A stretch of 64,000 nt of DNA from Rhynchobatus australiae (taxonomy: Eukaryota), in the NCBI GenBank assembly GCA_034780895.1, contig JAUZTB010000017.1, positions 29,032,906 through 29,096,905 on the forward strand, written 5' to 3'. Below are positions 62,590-64,000 of the stretch, piece by piece. Position 1 is the first letter of the stretch, and the number at the start of each line of letters is the position of its first letter. Below the pieces are notes generated by a model. That model did no database searches. It had not been told where the DNA came from and worked only from the letters and a program-made list of their open reading frames with translations. The position numbers and the translations under genes are program-made.

Positions 62590-63299
62590 CACAAGAAATT
62601 CTGCAGATGCTGGAATCTGGAGCACTGCACAAAAAGTGCTGAAGGAACTCAGGTCAGGCAGCATCCATGGAGGGAAATAACAGTTGACATTTCAGCCGAG
62701 ACCCTTCATCAGGACCAGAAAGGAAGAGGGCAGAAGCCCGAATAAGGTGGTGCAGGGAGGAGCACACGCAGGCAGGTTATAGGTGAGTTCAGGTGATAGG
62801 AGAGTCCAGATGAGAGGGGCAAGGTAGGTGGGTGGGGGAAAGGGGGAAGATATAATAAACTGAGAGGTGATAGGTAGAAGAGGTAAAGGCTGAAGGAGGA
62901 ATCCAGCAGGAGCAGGCAGTGGACCATGGAATAAAGGAAAGGAGGGGGGGGGGGGGAAGAGGAGATGGGTCATCAAGGCAGCGGAAGGGAGCCACAGGAA
63001 TAAGGGAAGACAAAGGAGGCAGGGGGAGGGTACCAGAAGTTAGAGAAATCGACGTTGAGGTCATTAGGTTGGAATACGAGGTACTGTTCCTCCAACCTAC
63101 ATCTGGTGTCAACGTGGCAGTCGAGGAGGCCATGGATAGACATGTCGGTATAGGAATGGGATGTGGAATTGAAGTGGGTGGCCACCTCTCAGCTTATTAC
63201 ATTTTCCCCCCTCCCCCACCCATCTACCTTTCTCCTCTTACCTGGACTCGCCTATCACCTGCCTGTGTGTGCTCCTCCCTCTCCCCCCCACTTTCTTAT
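62590..63299 (-). mobile_element. Penelope-like element 3' part with inverted 5' segment
   Basis: ORF 62973-63185 ATHFNSTSHSYTDMSIHGLLDCH...RLEEQYLVF.QPNDLNVDFSNF is the C-terminus of a PLE GIY-YIG domain; pLTR at 62590-62720; 63183-63299 is an inverted copy of about 62740-62869. Confidence 0.9.
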
Positions 63300-64000
63300 N
63301 NNNNNNNNNNNNNNNNNNNNNNNNNNNNNNNNNNNNNNNNNNNNNNNNNNNNNNNNNNNNNNNNNNNNNNNNNNNNNNNNNNNNNNNNNNNNNNNNNNNC
63401 CCACTCGACCTGTCCCCTTAAACTCAGTCCGGTACGCTCACTCTACTTCAGCTTGTGGGTACACCCAATCTTTTCTATCTATACACATTCTTATTCCCAT
63501 CTGTTTGTCTGCCACAGGCACTCAGCTACATCTTGATTTCAATCCTATGCCCCTGCCTCATGCTCACCCTCAACAAATGCTCTTCATTTATCTATTGAAC
63601 ACATGCCCTTACCCTCCCTTGCAAGAGAAAGGAGCGCAGAACACCTGGAAAAAGATGGACAACCAGAAGTGGCCGTCCAGCCATCTCACAATTCAGTTCT
63701 GCAGAGCAGCAATGTCTTGGGCAGTAGTAGAAACTCAACACTTAGAGTGATGAGAGCCTCCCAGCTACCTTTAAAATATCGGATAGTCAAATGGAATACC
63801 ATGCTCATTCATGCAAAATTAAAACCATTTTAACTGCACAGTTCAATTTATGTCCTTAATTTCTCATCAGACAGTCTGGTATCCTACATTAGGTAATGCA
63901 GTATGAGTATAACATCTAATAGGGGGTAACCCTCTCATAAGACACAATGACATGTGTACATCATGTATGGCTTTGATACTCTGTTTAACAGTTTCAGTAA

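Overview
Eukaryotic, AT-rich, CpG-depleted, gappy scaffold. The repeat complement (HE1/V-SINE, Deu-domain SINE, CR1, L2, Rex1/Babar, RTE, Penelope) points to a cartilaginous fish, probably a ray; this is inferred from repeat families recognised by eye, not from a database search. The window looks intergenic or intronic. I found no recognisable host gene, rRNA, functional tRNA or CRISPR array, and every ORF with a recognisable product is a decayed transposon fragment. The points most worth a second look are: (1) Penelope-like element termini carrying minimal hammerhead-ribozyme cores, three of them as fold-back or inverted insertions; (2) an old ~170-185 bp palindromic MITE family (TIR TGCCYAGAAATT) with at least three copies, plus PIF/Harbinger transposase fossils that may have mobilised it; (3) three RTE copies sharing one 5' breakpoint; (4) a few unexplained candidate exons and enhancer-like unique blocks. 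None is a demonstrated new system. Coordinates of decayed repeats are approximate.
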